From the human T2T-CHM13v2.0 reference genome, Homo sapiens, in the NCBI RefSeq assembly GCF_009914755.1, contig NC_060934.1: a stretch of 64,000 nt of DNA; one strand, 5' to 3'. The notes under the pieces were generated by a model that was given only the letters and a program-made list of their open reading frames with translations, was not told where the DNA came from and ran no database searches. How positions within the stretch are numbered: position 1 is the stretch's first letter; each line of letters starts with the position of its first letter. This document shows positions 27,401 through 40,084 of this stretch, piece by piece. The translations under genes were made by a program, and so were the position numbers.

Positions 27401-29029
27401 TTTTAAGGATCTTGCAAAGGCTCCCATGAAGGGTAAGGCATCTCCAGGTGTCCCATAAGCAGGGACAGAAACTATCTTCCTAAGGACAAAGGAATGAGCT
27501 CCTGGTCTATTTTCCATTTATTCCAGCACCTCAACCTGTAGGACCTTAAACAATTGTTTCCTAACATCCTGATCCCTGGTGGGAAAAGAGAGCCAAGATG
27601 ACAGAATCCAAGGATGAAGAAAGCTCTGAAAAACGGAAGGGAAAGTTACAAAGAAGAAAAAACAAATAATACTAAAAACAAGCATTGTATTTGCTCAGTT
27701 CTCTCATCTCTCTTTCCTCTGCTTCTTCTCAACCCTCAGGCTCCCCATAATCCTCCCTTCCACCATATCCCAGGACTTTCCTGCCCCAAAGGATAATGTC
27801 TGATAATTAACCCTAAACACAGGTGTAACAAACAGGATCAGTCTCAAGAGCTCATTTCCATCAATTGATAATGCCTGGCAAGAGCCCTGATTGGGAGGGA
27901 TTCTGACGATGCATCTGGGCAATTGATTAGCACTGTCTGCTTTAAGCTGTGCAATAGGAAGTGGTGGCACACATGCCATAGAGTTGATAAGCTTGCACTA
28001 AGATGCACTAAGATGTTAGTATTTGCAAATCCCTAAGAAGGAATGAAACGTAAGTTTCACAAAACATCGTGGGAAGAGGGCAATGCTTAACCCCTAAAAG
28101 GGGGCTTAGTAATAAAGGAGATAGAAATCCCTGTGGCATTTTAGTGGAGGCCCCATCTGAAAGAATGAAGTACCTCCCAATATCCCTCTAATCCTACCAG
28201 AGAGGTGACCTCCAGTTCCATTCCCTGTTGGACAGGCTCTGGGGGCCAAAGAGAGAAGGTGGATGCAAACATCTTCTGTATCAAGTGTTTCTGACTTCAG
28301 TTCTGGAGATCAGGACAAACGGATTTTTGTCTAGAATTGACCACGCTCATCTCTCCCATTTCCCATGCCAAGTCCTGAACCAAGGAACTGAGTGGAGAAA
28401 TGACTTCCCAAACTTTACACACTTTCCTCCAGCATTTGAATTCATGGCTACCTGTGCCCTGATCCTGCAAGGGCCACGAGCCTCTTTCAAGTGTCTCATT
28501 GCTCCTGGGCCAGACTCAGGTCGTCTGTCCCTCACCAGGTAACTCTGCCCACTCCCTGAGGCTCCCGCCTACCTCTCGGAGGCCTGTTCCAAGTATTATG
28601 GTGATGTCAGTGGCTTCTGGCTCCCTGCCTGAAGCCCACGCTTTCCTCTACAACAAAAATGCTTCAATTCTTCTGCCCTCATCGCCTTTTAAGTTGTCTC
28701 TCCTCAGCCTGCCACAAAGGGCTCTGTTCTCCCTTTGGTGTCTCCTCAGCACAGAGTCAAGACTGCTCCAGGGCAAGGGTTAAGGTTAGTGGGGGTGAGT
28801 GGGAGACACTCAGGGCCTCTCACACACACTTTTCACTGCATGTTGAGGAAACTGAGACCCAGAGAGGAAAAGGGACTCACTCAAGATGATGCAGAGATGA
28901 TAGTGGAGATGAGGCAGGGACCTGGGTTTCCCCACATGCCATCTGGTCTTCCCACCCCATGAGCCTCTGTGTGGCAGCACAGGCCGGGACTGCTTAATTT
29001 GGTTATTACCTTATACTCTTTCAAAACAA

Positions 29030-29215
29030 AGCTCCCTCTCTGTCTCCCTTCTCTCCTCCTTTTCTTCCTCCTTCTCTCCTTCTTGTCCTTGTGTCTGGCT
29101 CTTCTCACACCTTTCTCTGTCTCTCATCAACATCTCTTTTCCCCTTCTCTCCACCTCAGTTCTTTTCTTCTCTTTCTCTTCCTTTCCCTCCCTTTTTCCT
29201 CTCTCTCTTTCCATC
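29030..29215. repeat. CT-rich low-complexity tract
   Basis: Largely polypyrimidine on the + strand. Confidence 0.8.
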
Positions 29216-29559
29216 TGACAACAAATGAAGAAGAGCTGTTTCCTCCACAAAATTGGTGTCCTCCCTAAGCTTCAAAGGGGGCCTTGCACAGGACCAGAGG
29301 AGAAGAACTGGGGTAATCCCCTCTTGGTTAACAAACTGGGTCACACTCCTTCAAGCTCCATTCTTGGACCCCACAATCTGGGTATTCTATTTTCTTTCGA
29401 AAAGGGTGCAATTTTATTTTCCTTTATTTTTTGCTTGACTAGATATAGACACAATCATATCATGTAAAGGTGGAGTGTTCTGCTATTGATAAAGTGTTCC
29501 CCCTGTTGGATTTTGGGGGTCAGTGAGGAGGGGGGAATGGGGAGGAAGGGTGGAAGCCA

Positions 29560-29720
29560 CCTGGAAAGTGAGCACTCACCGAGATGCCGACGTTATCTGA
29601 TGAAGCAGGTCAGTGTGTTCTGCTTCAAACATTGTTAACAATGAGAGAGGAGTAGGAGTGCAGGTTTTGCAACCAGATACCTGCATAATGTGTAATAAAT
29701 AGGGAACACAGATGAGATGG
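29560..29720. promoter_or_regulatory. Candidate distal EGR2 enhancer (double SOX/HMG palindrome plus EGR-type site)
   Basis: CATTGTTAACAATG at 29630-29643 and GAGTAGGAG at 29650-29658, in sequence I do not recognise as a repeat. Confidence 0.5.
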
Positions 29721-30587
29721 CCTTTTATTATTTTTTTAATCTATGCTGTCAGATTTCACTTATGAAATGGGGGAGAGACAAAGCAGACATTTCTCTCCGG
29801 GGTCCTCAGCATGTTGCCCTTGGTGGGCCTGGGGCTACTCCTCCCCTGAGGACTCACAGTGTAGACTAGGCTTGGCCACTCGGGTGCTGAAAGATAATCT
29901 CTCCCAAACCCACAAGTGTTGGTCTTATGGAAAGAGCGCTATATGAAGAGTTAAGAAATGAGGAGTGTTTATCTCAACACAGCTTCATACCTGCTATGTG
30001 ATCCTGAGTTAACAATTTGTCTTTCCAATGCCTGGATTTTCTCTTGCCTGGAATGAAGAAATTGAACTGGATGGGTGATTTTCAAATAATACTCCATGCA
30101 TTCCCAGGGATCACCATAACTATGTTTCAGGACATCTTCACCCAGAAAAATAGTGTCTGTCAAACAATGAATGTTGAAACTTCCAGAGAAGCCTGCCTGT
30201 TGCTTTTATTTCTTTAGTATGATGGAGTTCTAGGTAAGATTTAGTTAGAAAAAAGAGGTTTCCTAAAGTGTGAAAACCACTAAAGTAGATTATTCTTTTC
30301 CTTATACAGGGGCTATAGAGTGGTGCCCCAAATCTGGTCAACAAGATTCTCCTCTGGAAGCAAAGAAAGAAGTCAGCTCAAAATGGCTCAGAGGAGAATT
30401 ATGCAGTCATCTTCAAGACACCAGCTTGCCTTTAACCCAGCAGCACTTAGCCTGACCTGACTAAACATATCCACAGAAAGACAGGCTTGTCAGAAGAAAT
30501 ATCCATTACGTATGGAAGCACTGAAAAACGATGTTAGCAGTCACCAACCAAGCACTGCCCAGGGTGCCCAATCCTCTAGTCCTAGTG

Positions 30588-30590
<3 letters not shown>

Positions 30591-30627
<37 letters not shown>
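30591..30627. repeat. (GT)18 microsatellite
   Basis: Perfect dinucleotide run. Confidence 0.97.
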
Positions 30628-30628
<1 letters not shown>

Positions 30629-30950
30629 ACATTTATAAGGCTCTCTTGGTGTGATGGTTTTACATGAGGGATGGCTCAAACATAGTATATATATATACAC
30701 ACCTTCTTCCCACTCTTACAGCCATGGCAGACATCACTAATCAACTGTCACTTTCCTACCAAGCCCAAATGTGGCCTCATACTTCTCAACACTACAGACA
30801 GCCCTGAACAATTGATAAGAGCACCTGTTAAATGAAGCCTACCTTTCATCCTTGCATTTAAACTTTTGAATCATGTAAGTAACTCCTTTTGTTTAGATCT
30901 CTGACTCACCAAGCATCTTTCTTATTATAACATATTTCCCATGAGGGTAC

Positions 30951-31044
30951 AGAAACCAAATGGACTTTTCAGAAGACAGGAGTGTCCAGTCCTCTTGAGA
31001 AACCAAATGGACTTTTCAGAAGACAGGAGTGTCCAGTCCTCTTG
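30951..31044. repeat. Perfect 47-bp tandem duplication
   Basis: AGAAACCAAATGGACTTTTCAGAAGACAGGAGTGTCCAGTCCTCTTG at 30951-30997 and again at 30998-31044. Confidence 0.97.
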
Positions 31045-31987
31045 AATATTCTATTTTTCACTATATAGCAGCCTCATGAATTCAATTACTGCAAATCATT
31101 TCCTTTAAAACAAAAGTATCTTTCTTTCAGTATGAAAAATTAGGTATCTTGATAACTAAGGGTCCGATGATCAAACCCTGGACTCTGACAGATCCCTGGT
31201 TAGAGAACCTTCTGGACACCAGGTTTCTCCAGATAACTTACTCATAATCTCTGTGTAGCATGATAAAATTTTGTTCCTTTCAAACATCTCTATGATGATT
31301 CCAAGCAGAAGATTCTACAATTTAAGAGGTGTTTGCCATTTGCAGAGTAAGTTAAGGTCAGAGATTAACAGAGTGTCTGTCTAGTACTCATGAGAATATG
31401 TCCGGCCAACTTAACGGAAAAAGAGCAAGAGTATGGCAGTCTGGAAACAAACCCATCCCCCTGCTGCAGCCCTTATCTGTCAGACCCTGTTCAAATCTAA
31501 ATCAAAATTGCATGTCAGCAAACACAAGGGTATCTAACCATGAAATGTCTTCTTTACTTGCTTGGTTTCTGTGATCATATTTGAGTGATAATTAGAAAAT
31601 AATAATTAAATGCTTACCAAGTGAGGCCTTTTCAGAATGATACTGAAAATTGACCAGAATATCATTTGTCCTTCAATCAGTTTTCACCCTTGGCTTTGTC
31701 TGTTGAGTCAGTTAATTGGAGAACCACACTAAGGCCAAGGTTGGCTCAATCCCCATGTAAATGAGTTTCATAATGACAGTCTGTTCTTAAGGGGCTTAAA
31801 TAAAAGGGTACACAGGATACACAATGCCTTACCTTCTCCTAGAAAACTCAGACCTGGGTCCCACCTGTAGCAAATCTCACATTTTTGCACAGAAAGTCAG
31901 ATCTAAAGCACATAAGTTTTCCTTGTGAAAATGCTTAAACACTCCCAAGATACAAGTCTTATGCTTGAATAATGAGACTATCCCCTC

Positions 31988-32380
31988 TGCCATGGGCTGA
32001 GTTGTGTCCCCTCAAAGTTCATATGTTGAAGTCCTCATCGTTAGTACCTCAGAATGTGATTATGTTTGGAGACAGATGTGGTTAAGTTAAAATGGGCCAT
32101 TAGGGTGGGCCCTAATTCAGTATTGATCCAATACTGATACAATTCTGGTGTCCTTATAAAAGACAAAATTTGAACACACAGAGAGACACAAGGGATGCAA
32201 GCACACAGAGGAAAGATCATGTGAGGACACAGCAAGAAGGTGGCCATCTGCAAGCAAAGGAGAAAGGCCCAGGAGCTGACACCTGGATCATGGACTTCCA
32301 GCATCCAAAACTGTGAGAAACCAGACTTCTGTTATTTAAACCACCTAGTTTGTGGTATTTTGTTATGGTAGCCCAGCAAT
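31988..32380 (+). mobile_element. MaLR solo LTR (MLT1A/B type)
   Basis: tgccatgggctgagttgtgtcccctcaaagttcatatgttgaagtcct...ggtattttgttatggtagccc. Confidence 0.85.
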
Positions 32381-33209
32381 CTTGTTAAGGTGGTTATACA
32401 AACCCCACAAAAAATTGTTACCTCTCCAAGTCCCCAGCTATGCCAATTGAATGCTCTGACCACTACATAGCACTTTCTGATTTGACTTTGCTCTTTGGGT
32501 CTAGAGACAATGGATTAAGAGCCTTAAATTTTGTAGTCCCTGACACCACCATTTTGTAACTCCTCCCCTATAGCCACACATCCATTCTTCTTGGAGGATG
32601 ATCTATTGAGAATATAGCACTTTCCAGAAATGATAATTTAAAGTTCATCTGCGTGTCACATGGTGAGTAGGACAAACCAAACTCTACGCCAAGCAAGGAT
32701 TATGCTACCTACAATGTAGGAGCTTCATTTGACTTCTTATAAAGGTTTCTCCCCCAATGAAATCATTGATTATTTCAAGAAAAAAAAGCAAATACCAAGT
32801 ACCTGGCATATATCAGAGAAATATATCATTTTGAGATCAAGAATCTAAATTTTCTCTTTGGAAACTGTAGGAGAGGACAGAGACCACATCTTGCCCATCC
32901 TTGCAGTCTCAACTCTCGTGCTCTATGACTAGCATAGAGCTTTGCATGTAGAAGGTAACTTTTTTATTTGAATGTAGTGGATAAAGGAAAATGACAACTC
33001 TAAGAGAGTCTGGAAGGAGGATGGTGTCTGTTACAAATATGGATACAACAGCTATTTCAATCAAGCTGCGTGGCAGCACACCCACAGTGACATTCTGGAA
33101 GTAGAATCCAAATGCTTTTTTTGAACGTGGTATCTTGTGATTCTTCTTGGAGAAGTATCCTATTATCAGGTTACGCCTGATCAAATTTACTCATGCAGCC
33201 TAGGTTTGT

Positions 33210-34185
33210 ATATAACATTGTCTCTTCTCAACACTGAAGTCAAAGTAATGCTTTTTAACATATGGAATATAGTGTCACATCTTCACGCAAAACTCTGCAA
33301 TTGCTCCCCATATCACTCAGGGTAAAGGCTTCCAGAACCCCCATGTTCTTCTTCCTCCTGTGTTCTACTTCTCACCCACTGGTTCACTCTCTCCAGCCTC
33401 CCTGGCCTCCTTGTTTGTCCTCAAACAAGACTGGCACATTCCCACCTTAGGGTCTTTGCACTCACCCTTCCCTCTTTCTGGGAACATTCCTCTCCAGATA
33501 TCTGCTTGGCTAACTCCCTAACCTCCTTCAAGTCCTTTTCTAAATGTCACTGTCTCAGTGTGGCCCATCCTGAGTACACACTGGCATCTTCCTCCCTCAT
33601 GCCAATTCAATCCCTAATTCCACCTTACCATGCTTTACTTTTCCTTTTTTTCACAGCACTTGTCATCTTCTAACATATTAAATCATCTACTGATTTATTA
33701 TGTGTGTTGATTATTGCCTGTCTTCTCTCCACATAGAACAGAAGTCCACAGACTGGTACTGGTCCGTGGCCTGTTAGGAACAAGGCTGCACAGCAGGAGG
33801 TGAGTGGCAGACAAGCAAGCGTTACTGCCTGAGCTCTGCCTCCTGTCAAATCAGCAGCAGCGTTAGATTCTCACAGGAGCATGAACCCTATTGTGAACTG
33901 TGCATGTGAGAGATCTAGGTTGCACGCTCCTTAGGAGAATCTGATGCCTGATGATCTGAAGGTGGAACAGTTTCATCCCAAAACCACCATCCCCAGCCCC
34001 CATCTGTGGAAAAATTGTCTTCCACAAAACCGGTCCCTCGTGCCAAAAATGTCGGGGACCGCTGACATAGAATGTACACTCCATGAAGGCAAAGATCTTT
34101 GTTTTCTTCACTGATGTACCCCCATGCACCGAGAATGGTGCCTAGCACATAGTAGGTGCTTCATAGATATTTTTGAATGAACTAA
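33210..34185 (+). mobile_element. L2 3' end interrupted by MER1B
   Basis: gggtctttgcactc...gcctagcacatagtaggtgcttcatagatatttttgaatgaa. Confidence 0.8.
33739..34064 (+). mobile_element. MER1B-like DNA transposon with left-end internal deletion
   Basis: Homologous to 12122-12449; perfect 8-bp TSD ACATAGAA at 33731-33738 and 34065-34072. Confidence 0.9.
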
Positions 34186-34453
34186 TAATATCTTATAGGA
34201 ACTAGATGTTTATCTTCCCTAGGTTAAAATGACGAAGCTCAAGTTTACCCAACAGTGATTAAAAGCACACTAACATCTCTCATGGCCTTATTGTTATGCT
34301 GTGTAGAAATCTAGATGCAATGACAGATTTCTAGGACTAGTAACTCCAATATTTTATCAGAACACTTTATAATAAATAAATGCATCTCATGTTGTGGGCA
34401 GTGACCCCAAGATTATCAATGCCACCAGTGTAGTCACACTGGTGAAAAGTTTA

Positions 34454-34772
<319 letters not shown>

Positions 34773-36589
34773 CACTTAGCCAAATAGATTGCTTAGTATC
34801 ATAAAGTAAAAACAAATATGGAGTCGACCTTTTCCAAGTTTTGACTGTTCAAGGGATAGTCTGGGGTGACCTTAGCTATGACAAAAAAGAAAACCAGAAC
34901 TTTTAGGGGCTTTTGAGATCCTGAAAGATCAAATGAGGAAATAGCTTTTTAACACACAGGACAGGAAACTTGTTGACTACCAGGCTATTTGGGGACAGAC
35001 TTTCGGCAGAGATAACACCCAGATTTTCCTGGCTGCATCACTTCCTGGTTAATCTCATGGCATCTAATTCTCTGACCAGATTGTTCTTGCCAAGGCAAGG
35101 CTGAGACTTTAGACAACTCCCTTTGTCCTAGGGAAGAAGCAATTCCAACTGCAGCAATTCTTTTATGCCTTTATTCTCTGGGGAAGTGTAGAGACTGGTT
35201 CTCTCAGAAAAACCAACTAACCAACCAACTAAAAACAACAACAACAACAAAACCCATCCCTTAGGGGTATCTGATGATGTAAAGGGCATTGTTGCATTTT
35301 TCTCCCCAAACTCAAGCCATAGGGGAGTCAGGTATGGCAGAGCAAGAGAAACAAACCATTCAGTGGTACTAGGCCACAGCTGGTAGTTTATTATTACTTC
35401 ACTGTCAAAGACACCCTTACATTGTCGATGAAGTATGTCATTCACCCTCAGAATATGCATAAGGAGAGAACGTTGCAAGCATTTGGCAAACAGAAAATTC
35501 CTCCCTTCTTCCTTCTCTCCCTCTGCCCCTTCCCTTCCTCCTTTCCTAAGAAGTCCTCACTAAGAGGTTGCTATTCCAGGCAGAGATACACAAACACCAG
35601 GTCTCTGACCTACAGAAGCTCCCCCTCTAGCAGATACAAATAACTCTATGACAGGGCAACAGATGCCAGGAAAGAGATGGGTGCAGAGTGCCTGGGAAGC
35701 ACAGAGGACAAGAACATGAATTCTACCCAAGGAAGGCGCATTGACAAGTGCTTCCCATAGGAGGTGCTGTTTGAACTGTGTTTTAAAGTTAGGAGGCAGA
35801 GTTTGCCAGGCAGAAAAGAAATCAAAGCCACTTGATTTAAGTGGCTTATGCAGAAAGAAACCATTGAAATTGAGCTTTCTGTAGAGTGAGTCCATGGAGG
35901 ATTGAAACAACTGGTCAACAAGGAAAGAAGTCAGCCAGAATGATTATTTGACCTTGGACAGATCAAAAAGGAAAATTGTTGGACTGACTTTTTTTTTTTT
36001 TTGCATATGTTGACAGATGGAGTCAAGTAGAATGGAAAAGTGATTTGGATAATGCAGTCAAATTCCAAATGATTCTTTTGGTCCTACCAACAGAACAATC
36101 AAGTTGTGAGATCTGTCTCCTGCCTTGTGTTTCCTATATGACATGTCTTCAGGAAGACAGTGGGCAGAGGATGGGCTCCAGGAACATGAGGTCTTCGGGT
36201 CTAGACACCAGTTGCTGAGTCCAGGAATGTTAGGGGTACCAGGACCTCATCACTTTCTCTATGAAACATATTCCAAGACCCAGGAGGAAGGGACCCTGAG
36301 TACATGAATTGTTTCTCCAAATAGGCAGAGAGCTCAAGAGAGAAGAGGTTGTCATTTAGTCTGATTATTTAGGGGATCATAGCAATTGAAAGGCAGAAAT
36401 GACCTCAAATGCCATTCTAATCTGAGTTTTCATTTTACTCAGAGGAACCTGAGTCCCAGACACTTGCTTGAGGTCCCATGAAGTCAGTGACAGAGATGAG
36501 ACTAGAACAAAGTTATTTTCAGTTCTGAGGCACAGCTCTATTCAAGAAACTTCGCTTTACATTCTACCTCATGACTTTACTGCTATTCC

Positions 36590-36892
36590 TTTTTTTTTTT
36601 TTTTTTTTGAGACGGAGTCTAGCTCTGTCACCCAGGCGCTGCAGTGCAGTGACACGATCTTGGCTCACTGCAACCTCCATCTCCTGGGTTCAAGTGCTTC
36701 TCCTGCCTCAGCCTCCTGAGTAGCTGGGATTACAGGTGTCCACCACTGTGCCCGGCAAATTTTTGTATTTTTAGTAGAGATGGGGTTTTGCCGTGTTGGC
36801 CAGGCTGGTCTCAAACTCCTGACCTCAGGTGATCCACCTGCCTTGGCCTCCCAAAATGCTGGGATTACAGGCGTGAGACACCGCACCCGGCC
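36590..36892 (-). mobile_element. Alu (AluSx-like)
   Basis: Poly-T followed by the antisense dimer. Confidence 0.95.
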
Positions 36893-37509
36893 TGATATTC
36901 CATTTTCATGAGGAAAAGGAAGCAAGTGGGAATGAATTAAGATGAAACACCAGTATGTAGAGATGATATTCCAGTGAAGTCAGGATTTAAGGTGAAAACT
37001 CTGCCTGGTCAGGTTGATTCTTGGCAATATCTCAACTAGACACCATGCTGGAGACCAGCAGGGGCCCCCTCTCTGAGACAAATGCAACCAGCTTTCCTAT
37101 CCAGTGTTGGGAAAATGCACTGCTTCTTTAGTTGAGCACAAAGTATTTGGCTTATACCTAGGGGCTGTGCTGGATAAAAAACACATATCTCATAAAATCA
37201 CACCCAGGGTGGGTTGACTTCAGCTCTTGCAGGATTGAAAGCAGCAACCTCAGTTCCTCTGACCACACAGGAACCACAGTGCCCTCCTGCCCCTCTAGAC
37301 AGTTCCACATTTTGCCTCAGTCAAATTTCACCTTTGCAAGATTTCCTGCAGAACCTCCCTAGAGTCAGTCTTTCCCCTCTCTGTGGCCTCATTACCCATA
37401 GTTTTAGATTCTGTTTCTAGTACTTCATCAAAGTATTTTAAAATATTTCCACATAATCAGAGCACTTAGAGTCATGTATATTTCCTTCTTTTTTGTCAAA
37501 TATAGATCT

Positions 37510-37765
37510 TTATATTTTACAGCTTTATTGAGGTATAATTGACCAAAAAACTGTATAAATTTAAGCTGTGCATGTGACGTTTTGATGTACATTGTGAAAC
37601 AGTCACCACAATCAAGCTAATTAACACATCCGTCACTTCACATAGTCATCCTTGTGTGTGTTTGTGGAGAACACTTAAGATCGGTTCACTTAGCAAATTT
37701 CAAGTCTATAATACAGCGTTATTAACTATAGTCACCCTGCTGTACATTTGATCTTCAGAACTTTT
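37510..37765 (-). mobile_element. L1 (L1MA-like) 3' end fragment
   Basis: agctttattgaggtataattgac...tattaactatagtcacc. Confidence 0.8.
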
Positions 37766-38538
37766 CAGAGTCCTTTGTATTTCTAAAGCAGCCTTTGAAT
37801 TTGGGAACGGAATAGAAACAGCATTGGACAGTAGTCAGAAGACTTGGATTCGAATGTGTATGGTTAGGGCCCAGATAAGAAACAGATGACATATTCAATG
37901 GAAACTAGTAAGTAAAAAGGGACTATGTAGCAAGGCATGAGCCAGGTTCAGCAGGCTGGAGTTAGCAACAACGGAAGCCTGGTCACTCCTGGGGTGAAAG
38001 GAACCACAGGATGGAGCTGCGGCTTTGGGTCGAAAAATGCAACCGCTACTGAATCATATCCCAGAAGGGAAGCTGTTGATGGAGTAAATACCCCAGCCTT
38101 GCCCTCTACTCATCCTCCAATCTCTTGCCTTTGCCTCCCACCCAGAAGGCTAGAGAACCTGATCCATGTAGTTTACAGAGCTGGCTGGCAAAGGGAGCCA
38201 GGCAAATAAAGATGATCCAGCACAGGCTGCAGCTGAATCACTTCAGACAAACCTCTCTACTCTCTGATCCTCAGGATTTGTATTAGTAAAAACAAGTGGG
38301 TTGATCATCAGGAAGTGTCTCTGCTGCCTTCCTGCCTAACGTCCAATGACGCTATGACTGTAGGTAAAATAATGCACACATATTGATTTTTTAGATTTCC
38401 AGGGGCAGATATTCTCGATAAACCAGGACATAACTGCTGCTGTTAAAATGCTTCTTGAAACAGAATATGTGGAAATAGAAAGTCATGTCTTTATAACATA
38501 ATTCAATGCTTAATACATTTCTGAGAAAAACAAGCTAG

Positions 38539-38928
<390 letters not shown>

Positions 38929-40084
38929 TATTCAATTCTTTTTTATGCCTAGGCCTTTGTTTAGACCCTTGGTCTCTAAATGACCTAGTCATCTTATCTA
39001 ACCTATGTGGGGCTTCTTTTAATCATTTGTAATTTGAAAAAAGACAAAAGTCACCTGTCAAAGCATTCTTTGGTGCTGTGTGGGTCGGGAGGCACCCATT
39101 TCCAAATTCAGTAAGCAGGAACCCTCAAAGGTGGTGGAACTCTAAGAGGAATCTTAAGAAACCTTGGTGTCTCCCAACCAAGGGTCCCTCATTAGTAGCC
39201 TAGCTCTGGAAAGATGGGGACTGACCATCACAATTTTTCAGGTTTGTTTCTCTCTTACAACCAGTCTTCACAGAGCATGTTCTAGGCACCAGGAAATAGC
39301 AGTGAACAAGACAAGGTCACTGTTTCTAAAAGCAAAAGAATTATGATCTGGAATCATATAAATATGAAACATAAATATGTAAGTTATATTTATATAATGA
39401 TAATTGTAAGCACAATGAAGAACATGAGACAAGTTAATGGGATACAATGATTGGGAGTCAGGGGGGAGAATGGGACCATTTGAGCCAGGATATAACAGGC
39501 TTGGGAAGAGGTTGACTTTTGATAGGAAACTTTAATTTCAAACACCTTATTCCATATTTTTGCATAGATATAAAATGCTCTAAAACTTCCAATATCTTGG
39601 AAGGTAGTGACTGAAAGGAGGAAATTAGTAATGTTCATTTTAAAGAATTAAGAAATCTAAGATGAAAAGCTACAAAAGAAGAAGGATCCCAGGCTGAAAA
39701 ATTATTACAGTGACCTGCAATTGTCTGTGTAAAATGCCAGAAGGGTTTATTGTTGGGTCTGTGGGCACTTGGGGATGTGGGATGGGGGCAGGAAAGAAAG
39801 GTGCTAGACACATCTGAGTGAAGGAAGGACAGCGTTAAGATGTTGAGGAAGAAAGAGGAGCAGAAAGGGGTAAGCTGGGTTCTTCTGAGCATCAAGATGG
39901 ATATTGGTCCAAGTGTTTAAGTCTGAAGCTAGGTGCATACTTCTAAGTGTGGAGTGATTTTCAGGCAAAGCTGATTCCTATGATATGCATTGATAATTAT
40001 AGGGGCTATTTCTGCTCCTGCCAGTAGTTCAGAGATATTCAAAGGGTGCGTAAAATTATTTAAACTATTTTATTTTTGGGTCAA

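Noticed and set aside
30951-31044. Direct repeats as a CRISPR-like array
   Set aside because: Only two abutting copies, no spacers, and a eukaryotic context
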